Part shown: positions 33,160 through 42,248 of the stretch, piece after piece
Position numbering within the stretch: the stretch's first letter is position 1
Layout of the letters: each line of letters opens with the position of its first letter
Assembly: GCA_902573325.1 (NCBI GenBank)
Contig: CACGJH010000004.1
Coordinates: 49,285 to 113,284 of the forward strand
From: an uncultured Alphaproteobacteria bacterium
GTDB taxonomy: Bacteria > Pseudomonadota > Alphaproteobacteria > HIMB59 > GCA-002718135
DNA length: 64,000 nt
Reading direction: 5' to 3'
Translations under genes and position numbers: made by a program
Notes under the pieces: generated by a model
The model's database searches: none
What the model was told of the DNA's origin: nothing
The model's input: only the letters and a program-made list of their open reading frames with translations

Positions 33160-34855
33160 AAGTTATTTCATTGCTAAAATATTTTAAAACAGAATTTAAT
33201 GGGTTTGTTGCAGCTTGTCCTAAACCACATATCGATGCTTGAGCCATAACTTCACTTAAATCTTTTAATTTTTCTTTGTTCCAATTTTTTTCTTGCATTA
33301 ATTTTACAGTTTTCTCCGTACCTGAACGACATGGTGTACATTGACCACAACTTTCCTCTTCAAAAAATTTTAGTAAATTAAGTGCAACATGTTTCATATT
33401 ATCATGATCTGATAATACAACTACTGCCGCTGAACCTAAAAAACATCCGGCATCCATTAATTCTTTCGATCCATAATCAAGTGGAATATCATTCATATTA
33501 GCGGGAAGAATACCACCAGATGCACCTCCCGGAAGATATCCTTTAAAAATATGTCCATCTGCCATACCATCGCAATATTCATCAATTAATTGTTGAATGG
33601 TTATACCAGCTGGTGCAACTTTTACTCCTGGGCTCTTTACTCTTCCAGATACTGAAAAACTATGAAAACCCTTATTTCCATTTGAGCCTTTTTCAGCAAA
33701 CCACTTTGCTCCTTTTTCAATTATATCTCTTACCCAAAAAAGAGTTTCTAGATTATTTGTTAAAGTGGGACATCCAAATAAACCGATTTCAGCAACATAT
33801 GGTGGTCTATGCCTTGGCAATCCTCTCTTGCCTTCAATACTTTCTATCATTGCTGACTCTTCTCCACAAATATAGGCTCCGGCCCCTCTTCTAACTATGA
33901 AAAAGTCTTTTGGAATTATTTCTTCATCTTCCATTTTATTTATTTCATCAATTAAAATTTTTATAACTGCTGGGTATTCATCTCTCATATAAATGTAAAC
34001 TTTATGAGCATTTATAAAATAGGAAGCAATTAAAGCTCCTTCTAAAAATCTATGTGGATCACTTTCTAAATATGACCTATCCTTAAATGTTCCTGGCTCA
34101 CCTTCATCACCATTAACAGCAACATATTTTTTACCATTGAAATTTGAAACAATTTCCCATTTTTTTCCTGTAGGAAATCCGGCGCCACCCTTACCCTTCA
34201 ATCCGCTTTCATTTAATGAATCCAAAACTTGTTTTTTTGAGATCACACCATTTTTTATTTTGTTAGCAATATCATAACCGCCATTTTTTTTATAAGAAGA
34301 TAAACTTATATAATCTGGAATGAATGGGTCAAAAGTTTTTTCATCAATTGTTTTTTTAACTTTATCAAAACTAGCCACATCAACATAATTTTTTCCTACG
34401 CAGACAGTAGGAGCAACATTGCATCTTCCCATACATGGCCCAGGTACAACTTTTATATTTTTATTTTCTAATTTTTTAATATCTTGAAGTAATTTGTGTG
34501 CACCAAATAATTCACAAGTTAAACTTTCACACACCCTTACAACATTCACTGGGTTATAATCTTTACTATCTTTTATAATATTAAAGTGAGCATAAAAAGT
34601 TGCAACTTCATAAATTTCAGAAAGTGGTAAGTTAATAATAGTTGATAAAGCTACCAGATGCTTATCGTACAAAACACCAAATTTATCCTGTAATATATGC
34701 AAATATTCTATTAATTCATCTCGCTTAAATATTAATCCTGAAAACAATTTAGAAACTTCATCTAAATATTTATCTTCGACTTGTCTTCCTTTTGGAGTCC
34801 AACGTCTTTTCTTCTTTTTTAAAGAAGTTTCTGTTTGAGAAACAAATTTATCCAT
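33152..34855 (-). CDS. fdsB: NAD-dependent formate dehydrogenase diaphorase subunit (NuoE-like FdsG fused to NuoF-like FdsB)
   Basis: 567 aa. N-terminal thioredoxin-like 2Fe-2S part (CESLTCELFG..CMGRCNVAP), then an NuoF-like part with GKGGAGFPTGKKW, NGDEGEPGTFKDR and ESCGQCTPCR. Overlaps fdsA by 8 nt (ATGACTAA). Confidence 0.9.
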   Translation of the reverse strand: MDKFVSQTETSLKKKKRRWTPKGRQVEDKYLDEVSKLFSGLIFKRDELIEYLHILQDKFGVLYDKHLVALSTIINLPLSEIYEVATFYAHFNIIKDSKDYNPVNVVRVCESLTCELFGAHKLLQDIKKLENKNIKVVPGPCMGRCNVAPTVCVGKNYVDVASFDKVKKTIDEKTFDPFIPDYISLSSYKKNGGYDIANKIKNGVISKKQVLDSLNESGLKGKGGAGFPTGKKWEIVSNFNGKKYVAVNGDEGEPGTFKDRSYLESDPHRFLEGALIASYFINAHKVYIYMRDEYPAVIKILIDEINKMEDEEIIPKDFFIVRRGAGAYICGEESAMIESIEGKRGLPRHRPPYVAEIGLFGCPTLTNNLETLFWVRDIIEKGAKWFAEKGSNGNKGFHSFSVSGRVKSPGVKVAPAGITIQQLIDEYCDGMADGHIFKGYLPGGASGGILPANMNDIPLDYGSKELMDAGCFLGSAAVVVLSDHDNMKHVALNLLKFFEEESCGQCTPCRSGTEKTVKLMQEKNWNKEKLKDLSEVMAQASICGLGQAATNPLNSVLKYFSNEITYD

Positions 34856-34895
34856 TCCAATTAATATTATACTATATATTAAGTATCAGAAAACT

Positions 34896-35147
34896 ATGAA
34901 AGATTCAGTTGAAAAAGAAGAATTAGTTCTTGATACTAGTGGTACAGAATGTCCTATACCAGTACTTAAGGCTAGAAAAATTGCATCAGAATTAAACAAA
35001 GATACAATAATTAAAATTATTGCAACTGATCCTTTGGCTGAAGCAGATTTTGAACATTATTGTGATCAATCTAACTATGAATATTTAAGTTGTGAAAAAA
35101 TAAAAGATAAAATTGTAATTCGTTATAGATTTAAAATTAAAAATTAA
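34896..35147 (+). CDS. TusA/SirA-family sulfur-carrier protein
   Basis: 83 aa with the family-defining Cys-Pro-x-Pro motif, GTECPIPVLKARK. Divergent from fdsB across a 40-nt gap. Confidence 0.8.
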   Translation: MKDSVEKEELVLDTSGTECPIPVLKARKIASELNKDTIIKIIATDPLAEADFEHYCDQSNYEYLSCEKIKDKIVIRYRFKIKN

Positions 35148-36358
35148 AATAGACTTTCATAATTATAAAAATCAAATATATCTCCTTTTTTTACTTGAGA
35201 AACATTTTCATCAATTTCAATTATACCATCTGAATAGGATATAGAACTAATCATACCAGAACCTTGTTTGGGAAATTTATTAGCAATATTTTTATTATTT
35301 ATAGATTCTTTATTTACACGTAACCACTCCATTCTTTTTGTTTTTTTCTTCATAAAAAAATTTGCTGCAATTTTACTTGAAGATGGGAGCTTAAAATTTC
35401 CACCAGATAGTTTTTCTATTAATGGTTTTATTAACATTGCAAATAGTAATTGAACAGAAACTGGATTACCTGGTAAGCAAATTATGTAGCACTTATTTAT
35501 TTTTCCAACTGCAATTGGTCTTCCTGGTTTTATTGCTGCTCTCCAAAAATATACCTTACCTAATTCAGATAAAACTTTAATTAAATGATCTTCATCACCA
35601 ACAGATGCGCCACCAGCAGTTATTATTACATTAAATTTTTTTGAAGTATTAAAAATTTTGTTTTTAATAGATTTAAAATTATCTTTGAGATTTCCACAAT
35701 ATTTTTTTTCTATAAAATTCTTATCAAGTAAATTATATAAACTAAAATAGTTTGAATTATTAATTTCAGAATTTTTTAAATTTTTAGTTGGTTTTCGTAA
35801 TTCATTACCACTTGTAAAGAAACCAATTTTAATTTTTTTAAATACTTTTATTTTACTAATACCAGTAGCGGCAATTAAATTTATATTTTGTTGATTTAAT
35901 TTAGACCCCTTATCCAATATTTTTTGGTTTTTCTTAATATCTTCACCCTTTAATCTATAGTTGTCTCCAAATTTTGGAATTTTAATTAAATGAATTTTAT
36001 TTCCTTTCTTGTATGTATTTTCCTGCATAACTATAGTTGATGAGTTAGTAGGCATTTTTGCGCCAGTAAAAATTCTTACTGCTTCACCAGGTTTTACTTT
36101 TATATTTTTGTTATCTCCAGCAGCTATTCGTCTATTACAAAAAAAAATTTTTTTTGTTTTTAAATCTGCTTTTAAAATAGCATAACCGTCTACAGCAGAA
36201 TTATTAAAAGGAGGTAAATTAATTTTACTTTTTATATTTTCGTAAAGGAATCTATCCTCTGAATTTTCTAAATTAACTTTTTCAGAATTAAAAATTACAA
36301 CCTTTTGTTTTTTAAATAAATTAACAATTTGTTTTTTCGTTAGAGGTGATTTATTCAT
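35144..36358 (-). CDS. moeA: Molybdopterin molybdenumtransferase MoeA
   Basis: 404 aa with NSAVDGYA, ITAGGASVGDEDH and LPGNPVSVQ. Confidence 0.9.
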   Translation of the reverse strand: MNKSPLTKKQIVNLFKKQKVVIFNSEKVNLENSEDRFLYENIKSKINLPPFNNSAVDGYAILKADLKTKKIFFCNRRIAAGDNKNIKVKPGEAVRIFTGAKMPTNSSTIVMQENTYKKGNKIHLIKIPKFGDNYRLKGEDIKKNQKILDKGSKLNQQNINLIAATGISKIKVFKKIKIGFFTSGNELRKPTKNLKNSEINNSNYFSLYNLLDKNFIEKKYCGNLKDNFKSIKNKIFNTSKKFNVIITAGGASVGDEDHLIKVLSELGKVYFWRAAIKPGRPIAVGKINKCYIICLPGNPVSVQLLFAMLIKPLIEKLSGGNFKLPSSSKIAANFFMKKKTKRMEWLRVNKESINNKNIANKFPKQGSGMISSISYSDGIIEIDENVSQVKKGDIFDFYNYESLF

Positions 36359-36840
36359 TAAAATTCTCTCAAAATAAAATCAACTATATTATCAATCTCG
36401 TCATTCTTAAAAATTTTCAAGTTAGTTTCAAGTTTATTATTTGTAATAATAGCTTTTATATTTTTAATTTTACTGAATAAATAATTATCATTATCATTTT
36501 TAATTATTTCAATTTTTGGGTGATTTTCATTTTTAAAGCCTTCCACTATTACAATATCAATTTCTGAAAGTTGATTAATTAATTCATCTAATGTTTTTTC
36601 TTTTGAATTGTTTAACTCTGATATTTTAACCCATCGCTTTGATGAACTTACTATTACTTGAGAAGATCCGGCTAATCTATGCTTAAAGCTATCTGTATTA
36701 TCATGATCTATATCAAATTCGTGATGTGCATGTTTTATCGAAGCAACACGAAAATTTTTAGAGCTAAGTTTACTTATAATTTTAGTTGCAATAGTCGTTT
36801 TCCCTGAATCCTTCCAGCCAACAATTCCTACTATTTTCAT
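36358..36840 (-). CDS. mobB: Molybdopterin-guanine dinucleotide biosynthesis adapter MobB
   Basis: 160 aa with the P-loop VGWKDSGKTT and ..IKHAHHEFDID. Confidence 0.85.
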   Translation of the reverse strand: MKIVGIVGWKDSGKTTIATKIISKLSSKNFRVASIKHAHHEFDIDHDNTDSFKHRLAGSSQVIVSSSKRWVKISELNNSKEKTLDELINQLSEIDIVIVEGFKNENHPKIEIIKNDNDNYLFSKIKNIKAIITNNKLETNLKIFKNDEIDNIVDFILREF

Positions 36841-37529
36841 TTAATAGATCTATTATTTAATAAATATACTAGAGAGTAAATAATTATTGTTATTGATATT
36901 AAAACTAAACCTAATGCCATAGCGTATTCTAAATTTCCCATTCTAGTTTCTAAAGATATAGCAGTGGTCATTACTCGTGTATAATGATCAATATTACCAC
37001 CCACAATCATAACTGCACCAACTTCTGAAATTGCTCTTCCAAAAGCAGATAATAATGTAGTTATTAATAAAAAATAACTATGATTAAATAAAAGTTTTAC
37101 AGAACCCCAAAAAGGAATATTTAAGGATCTTATCTGATCTTTAAATTCAAACCAATTTTTAGAAAATATCTCATGAGATAATGAAGCAATTATTGGAAAA
37201 ATTATTATAGTTTGAGCAATAATCATTGCAGAAGGTGTGTATAGAAGCTGTAAGATACCTAAAGGTCCACCTGATGCAAAAATAAAATAAACAATTAAAC
37301 CAACTACAACTGGAGGAATTCCCATCAATGAGTTTATAATTATTAAAATAATTTTTTTGAAATAAAAATTATAAATTGCAAAATAATATCCTACTATAAA
37401 CCCTAATAATGATGCAATAATTAGGGCGGTAAAACTTACAAATAATGATAAAAGTATAATGTCCCATAGTTCACTATCTAAAGTAATAATTAATAGTATG
37501 GAATTTGTGAAAATTTCTAATATGTTCAT
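36837..37529 (-). CDS. ABC-transporter permease, TupB-like (tungstate/molybdate type); no cognate ATPase or binding protein in the window
   Basis: 230 aa, about 5 TM segments. The permease loop GRAISEVGAVMIVGGNIDHYTRVMTTAISLETRMGN resembles the TupB family as I recall it. Overlaps mobB by 4 nt. Confidence 0.65.
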   Translation of the reverse strand: MNILEIFTNSILLIITLDSELWDIILLSLFVSFTALIIASLLGFIVGYYFAIYNFYFKKIILIIINSLMGIPPVVVGLIVYFIFASGGPLGILQLLYTPSAMIIAQTIIIFPIIASLSHEIFSKNWFEFKDQIRSLNIPFWGSVKLLFNHSYFLLITTLLSAFGRAISEVGAVMIVGGNIDHYTRVMTTAISLETRMGNLEYAMALGLVLISITIIIYSLVYLLNNRSIK

Positions 37530-37555
37530 TTATATTATTAGTTTAATTACAACAT

Positions 37556-38371
37556 ATGGCAAAAAAAGAGAAATATTTAGTCTCACCTGATATTAATAAT
37601 AAGTCCTTAATTACAAAACTAAATGGTTTTAATGAGAAAGGGAATAAAATAATTTCTAAAGTTATTAATGAAAAAGCTCTCACAATTTTTCTTAATAATC
37701 AAGAGATAGTAACACTAATGTCTATTAGTGATCACCCAAAATATCTTGCAGTTGGGTATTTATTAAATCAAAATATGCTTAAGAAAAATGATGTAATTAG
37801 AAAAGTTGAAATTGATAAAGATTTAGGTGTGGTTGTTGTACGAACAAAACGTAAAACAAATTATGAAAACAAATTAAGAAAGAAAATAACAACTAGTGGT
37901 TGTGCAATAGGTACAGTATTTGGAGATATCTATGCAGAAATAAAAAAATCAAAATTAAAATCCAAAAAGAAAATTAAACATAAATGGATTTATGAAATTT
38001 CAAAAAAAATTACATTAACACCGAGCTTATATTTAGAAACAGGAGCAATACATGGTTGTGCCATTATTCATAATAATAAACCATTGATTTATATGGAAGA
38101 CGTAGGGAGACATAATGCTGTAGATAAAATTGCTGGTTTTATGTTTTTAAAAAAAATTAGCTCTTCAAATAAAATTTTTTACACTACAGGAAGACTAACT
38201 AGTGAAATGGTTATTAAAACTATAAAAATGGGTATTCCAATATTAATTTCTAGATCAGGATTCACAGCATGGGGTGTAGAGCTGGCGAGAGGCTCGAATT
38301 TAACACTTATTGGACGAGCAAAGGGAAAAAAATATTTAGCACTTTCTGGAGAACATAGAATTGACCATTAA
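37556..38371 (+). CDS. fdhD: Formate dehydrogenase accessory sulfurtransferase FdhD
   Basis: 271 aa with TTSGCAIG (conserved Cys loop), DVGRHNAVDKIAG and SRSGFTAWGVELA. Confidence 0.9.
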   Translation: MAKKEKYLVSPDINNKSLITKLNGFNEKGNKIISKVINEKALTIFLNNQEIVTLMSISDHPKYLAVGYLLNQNMLKKNDVIRKVEIDKDLGVVVVRTKRKTNYENKLRKKITTSGCAIGTVFGDIYAEIKKSKLKSKKKIKHKWIYEISKKITLTPSLYLETGAIHGCAIIHNNKPLIYMEDVGRHNAVDKIAGFMFLKKISSSNKIFYTTGRLTSEMVIKTIKMGIPILISRSGFTAWGVELARGSNLTLIGRAKGKKYLALSGEHRIDH

Positions 38372-38963
38372 TAAGAAAAAAATTTTGTTTGCCATACTTG
38401 CTGGAGGTCAATCAAAAAGATTTGGAGGTGGATTTAAAGCTTTTGCTAAAATAAATGGAATTACAATCTTAGACAAAATAATAAACAAGCTTAAAAAATA
38501 TAGTAATGAAATAATAATAAATGCTAATGACTTAAAAAGTTTTAAGAAAATTAATTACCCAATAATTGAAGATAGATTCAAAGGTTTTGTGGGACCTTTA
38601 GCAGGAATTCACACATCAATGTTGTGGGCTAAAGAAAATTACACAAACAAAGAATGGGTTTTTACTGTTCCAAGTGATACTCCATTTTTACCCGATAATC
38701 TTTTCGATAAGTTTTTAGAGGCATATGATGAAAATGTAAAAATATTGATTGCAAGATCAAATAGTAGACATCATCCTGTAATAGCAATGTGGCATATATC
38801 CTTAATAACTAGTTTAGAAAATGAGTTAATATTAAAAAATAGTAAAATTATGTTTTGGGTTAAAAAGCACAAATATAAATTTGTTGAATTCGACAAAAGC
38901 CAAGAAAAAAATTTTTTCAATGTTAATACTCAAGAAGAATGGAATACTGCAAAAAATATCTGA
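38361..38963 (+). CDS. mobA: Molybdenum cofactor guanylyltransferase MobA
   Basis: 200 aa with ILAGGQSKRFGG..DRFKGFVGPLAGIHT..PSDTPFLP. The track start at 38361 is TTG, overlapping fdhD by 11 nt. An alternative TTG at 38385 is possible. Confidence 0.85.
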   Translation: MTINKKKILFAILAGGQSKRFGGGFKAFAKINGITILDKIINKLKKYSNEIIINANDLKSFKKINYPIIEDRFKGFVGPLAGIHTSMLWAKENYTNKEWVFTVPSDTPFLPDNLFDKFLEAYDENVKILIARSNSRHHPVIAMWHISLITSLENELILKNSKIMFWVKKHKYKFVEFDKSQEKNFFNVNTQEEWNTAKNI

Positions 38964-39014
38964 ATTTCATATAAATATGTAAAAAATATTTTTTTTGTAT
39001 AAAGAATATTTTAA

Positions 39015-40109
39015 ATGGTAAGTTCAATATATAAAATATTTCCAGGAATTATATTTTGTTTTATAATTGCTTATTCAGGCATATACCTAAGTGATTTGAT
39101 TGGAAAAGAAATTTTAAATTTAAATAAAAGTCCAATATCACCAATAATGCTATCAATAATATTTGGTCTTTTGATAGGAAATATATTTCATATTAATAAT
39201 TTTTTATTAGAAGGAATTAAGTTTTCATTAAAATTTATTCTAAGATTAGGAATAATATGTCTTGGTATTAGATTAGGGCTTTTAGATATTTTTAAAGTTG
39301 GAATAGTTGGAATACCTCTAATTGTTGCTTGTATTATTATATCAATCTTGGTTGTAAATTATTTATGCAAGTTATTAAATGTTTCTTCAAAAATGGGATC
39401 ATTAATTGCAGTTGGAACAAGTATTTGTGGAGCATCTGCAATTGTAGCAACCAGTCCTGCAATTAATGCTGATAAAGAGGAAGTTGCTTATGCCATAGCT
39501 AATATTACAATATTTGGAATAATTGCAATGTTCCTCTATCCATTTATGGCATATTATCTTTTTAGTGGAGATGAGTTAGCATCCGGATTATTTCTTGGAA
39601 CTTCAATACATGAAACTGCTCAAGTTGCTGGGGCTGGATTGATATATGCGGAACAATTCAATTCACCAAAAACTATGGATATAGCGACAATTACAAAATT
39701 AGTAAGAAATGTCAGTATGATAATCGTCATTCCTACAATAAGCTATATGTATCTGAGAAATAATATTGGTGAAAATAATAGCAAACCATCAATAATTTCT
39801 ATGTTTCCAATTTTCATAATTGGTTTTATTCTTATGGGTCTTATAAGATCAATTGGAGATTATGGAATTCAAAATAGTAATTTAGCTTTTGAAATATTAA
39901 CCAATAATAACTGGCAATTAATAATCAATATTATTAAATCTATTGCTGAGTATTCTTTAGCAATAGCAATGGCAGCTGTTGGCATAAGTACAAATTTAGT
40001 TTCTTTAAAAAGCTTAGGCATAAGACCATTTTATGTTGGTTTTTCTGCAGCTTGTTGTGTTGGAATTGTAAGTTATATCGGAATCATAGTACTAAATAAT
40101 TTTATATAA
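39015..40109 (+). CDS. YeiH/UPF0324-family integral membrane protein (putative exporter)
   Basis: 364 aa, about 10 TM segments. ..AVGTSICGASAIVATSPAINADKEEVAYAIANITIFG..LFLGTSIHETAQV is typical of the YeiH family. Confidence 0.7.
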   Translation: MVSSIYKIFPGIIFCFIIAYSGIYLSDLIGKEILNLNKSPISPIMLSIIFGLLIGNIFHINNFLLEGIKFSLKFILRLGIICLGIRLGLLDIFKVGIVGIPLIVACIIISILVVNYLCKLLNVSSKMGSLIAVGTSICGASAIVATSPAINADKEEVAYAIANITIFGIIAMFLYPFMAYYLFSGDELASGLFLGTSIHETAQVAGAGLIYAEQFNSPKTMDIATITKLVRNVSMIIVIPTISYMYLRNNIGENNSKPSIISMFPIFIIGFILMGLIRSIGDYGIQNSNLAFEILTNNNWQLIINIIKSIAEYSLAIAMAAVGISTNLVSLKSLGIRPFYVGFSAACCVGIVSYIGIIVLNNFI

Positions 40110-40172
40110 TTTTCTAAAATAAATATAATTTGTACTTATTAAGTAATAATTATATAAAATTCATAAAAAAAT

Positions 40173-41087
40173 ATGTCAATTTATCTTCCAATAGCTGAAA
40201 TGAACGTCAATATTTTTCTTATTGTCTTTATTGGTATGAGTATAGGGATACTTTCAGGAATTTTTGGTGTTGGTGGTGGATTTTTAATGACACCACTACT
40301 AATTTTTTTAGGCATACCTCCAGTTGTAGCTGTTGGTTCTGAAGCTCCGCACGTTTTAGCAACTTCAGTTTCAGGTTTTATTGCTCACTGGAGAAAAAGA
40401 AATGTTGATATAAAGATGGGTATATTCCTTTTAATAGGAGGCTTAATTGGCTCCACAGTTGGTGTAAATATTTTCAGTTATCTAAAAAACTTTGGGCAAA
40501 TCGATTTAGTTATTCAGTTATTATTTCTTTTCTTTTTAGGTTTTATTGGTTTTAGTATGGCTTTTGAAAGCGCAAGAACTACAATAAAACACTATAGAGC
40601 AAGAAACACTAAAAGAACAAAACTGCATCAACATTCTTGGTTTCACGGACTTCCATTCAAAGTTCGCTTTCATAGATCAAAACTTTATATAAGTGCGATA
40701 CCACCTGTACTGATAGGGTTCGCAGTTGGAGTAATGTCCGCAATGATGGGAGTTGGAGGAGGATTTATAATGATACCTGCAATGGTATACATACTTGGAA
40801 TGCCAACAAGTATAGTAGTTGGGACATCTTTATTTCAAATCATTTTTGTTACCGCTAATGCAACATTCTTTCAATCCTACATAAATTATAATGTAGATAT
40901 TGTGCTGTCTGCACTAATGATATTTGGAGGAGTAATTGGTGCACAAATTGGTGTAATTTTTGGGTCTAAATTAAAAGCAGAATATTTGAGAGGTATTTTG
41001 GCTATATTAGTACTGGGTGTCTGTGGTAAAATTTTTACAGATCTAGTTTTAAGACCTAATGATTTATTTTCATTGGTAATGATATGA
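40173..41087 (+). CDS. TSUP/TauE-SafE (DUF81) family anion-exporter-like membrane protein
   Basis: 304 aa with an internally duplicated GVGGGFLMTPLL / GVGGGFIMIPAM signature. Confidence 0.8.
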   Translation: MSIYLPIAEMNVNIFLIVFIGMSIGILSGIFGVGGGFLMTPLLIFLGIPPVVAVGSEAPHVLATSVSGFIAHWRKRNVDIKMGIFLLIGGLIGSTVGVNIFSYLKNFGQIDLVIQLLFLFFLGFIGFSMAFESARTTIKHYRARNTKRTKLHQHSWFHGLPFKVRFHRSKLYISAIPPVLIGFAVGVMSAMMGVGGGFIMIPAMVYILGMPTSIVVGTSLFQIIFVTANATFFQSYINYNVDIVLSALMIFGGVIGAQIGVIFGSKLKAEYLRGILAILVLGVCGKIFTDLVLRPNDLFSLVMI

Positions 41088-41491
41088 TATCAATATTTAA
41101 TTTTTCAATTAATTTATTGATCGTAGTTTGCCTCTTTATATATTTTATTTTTAGAACCATTGGTTTTAATCTGGAGAATATTGAATATTTTTTAATTCTA
41201 ATAATTGTTATAAACTCATTTAACAAAATTTATATTTGGTCAAATTTCAGAGTATTTATTAAAAAAGATTTTAATAAAATATTTAAAGACATATTATTTA
41301 ATGATACATTTGTAAAACTAAGTATAGTTATTTTATCCACTGTAATTCCAATTTATATGCTTATGCAAAAAGATATATTAGTGATTGATATATTGATTGA
41401 GAAAGCATCTTTTTTATTAGTATCAATTTTTGCATTAATTGGATTTTATTTAGAATTTTATATTTTAGAAGTGACAAAAACAGATGATTAA
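41084..41491 (+). CDS. Hypothetical small membrane protein (about 4 TM)
   Basis: 135 aa and very hydrophobic, with no motif I recognise. Translationally coupled on both sides (4-nt and 8-nt overlaps), which argues that it is real. Confidence 0.5.
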   Translation: MISIFNFSINLLIVVCLFIYFIFRTIGFNLENIEYFLILIIVINSFNKIYIWSNFRVFIKKDFNKIFKDILFNDTFVKLSIVILSTVIPIYMLMQKDILVIDILIEKASFLLVSIFALIGFYLEFYILEVTKTDD

Positions 41492-42248
41492 TAATTTATA
41501 TATAAAGTTTGCTTTTAATCTAACAATTTTATTGACTGTAATTTTTTTTTATAACTTTCTTAATGCTGAAGAAATTTACTTTGACTTATCTGAGGATAGT
41601 ATTGAATTAAAAACAGATTTTAATGGAAAAGAAATTATTATTTTTGGATTACTAAAAAATGATCATGAGACACTTTTGACAATAAAAGGGCCACCATCAA
41701 AAATGAGAATACAAAAAAAAGAGAGGTATTTTGGAATATGGATAAATAATCAATATGTTACCTATAGTAACATTCCATCTTTATTCTTTTTATCCTCCTC
41801 AAAAGAAATTAACGAAATCTTGCCTGAGTCGATATTAATTAATGAGGATCTAAGTTTTGAAAAAATTTTAAATAATAAGACTTTTAATCAAAATTTTATT
41901 TTCAAAAATGACCAAAAAAGTTGGAATGAAAATTTTGTTAGAATAAAAAAAGAACAATCATTTTATAAAAGTTTTGAAATGAAAAAGATCAAAGATAAAT
42001 TATTTCAAACTAGCGTTTTTTTTCCAACAAATACAATACCAGGGATTTATAATGTTGATATTTACTATATAAGAAATAACACAATTATGAGTACTGATCA
42101 AAAAAATATAGTTATAAAAAAAACTGGTATAGGAAGTCAAATATTTGACTTTGCTAATGAAAATGCAGCTACATACGGAGTTTTTGTAATTATCTTTTCA
42201 ATATTTTCAGGTTTTATTGCTGCTGCTTTATTTAGGAGAAGTAAATGA
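41484..42248 (+). CDS. Alph_Pro_TM (TIGR02186)-like conserved alphaproteobacterial membrane-anchored protein of unknown function
   Basis: 254 aa. N-terminal signal/anchor, ..GKEIIIFGLL..IKGPPSKMRIQKKERYFGIWIN.., and a C-terminal TM segment ATYGVFVIIFSIFSGFIAAALFRR. The family assignment is from memory of the family pattern. Confidence 0.6.
   Translation: MINNLYIKFAFNLTILLTVIFFYNFLNAEEIYFDLSEDSIELKTDFNGKEIIIFGLLKNDHETLLTIKGPPSKMRIQKKERYFGIWINNQYVTYSNIPSLFFLSSSKEINEILPESILINEDLSFEKILNNKTFNQNFIFKNDQKSWNENFVRIKKEQSFYKSFEMKKIKDKLFQTSVFFPTNTIPGIYNVDIYYIRNNTIMSTDQKNIVIKKTGIGSQIFDFANENAATYGVFVIIFSIFSGFIAAALFRRSK

Noticed and set aside
38981-38994. AAAAAATATTTTTT palindrome after mobA, and TACTTATTAAGTA (40133-40145) before the TSUP gene; possible terminators or operators.
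   Set aside because: These are pure A/T self-complementary runs with no loop and negligible stability. They are indistinguishable from background AT-rich spacer sequence.
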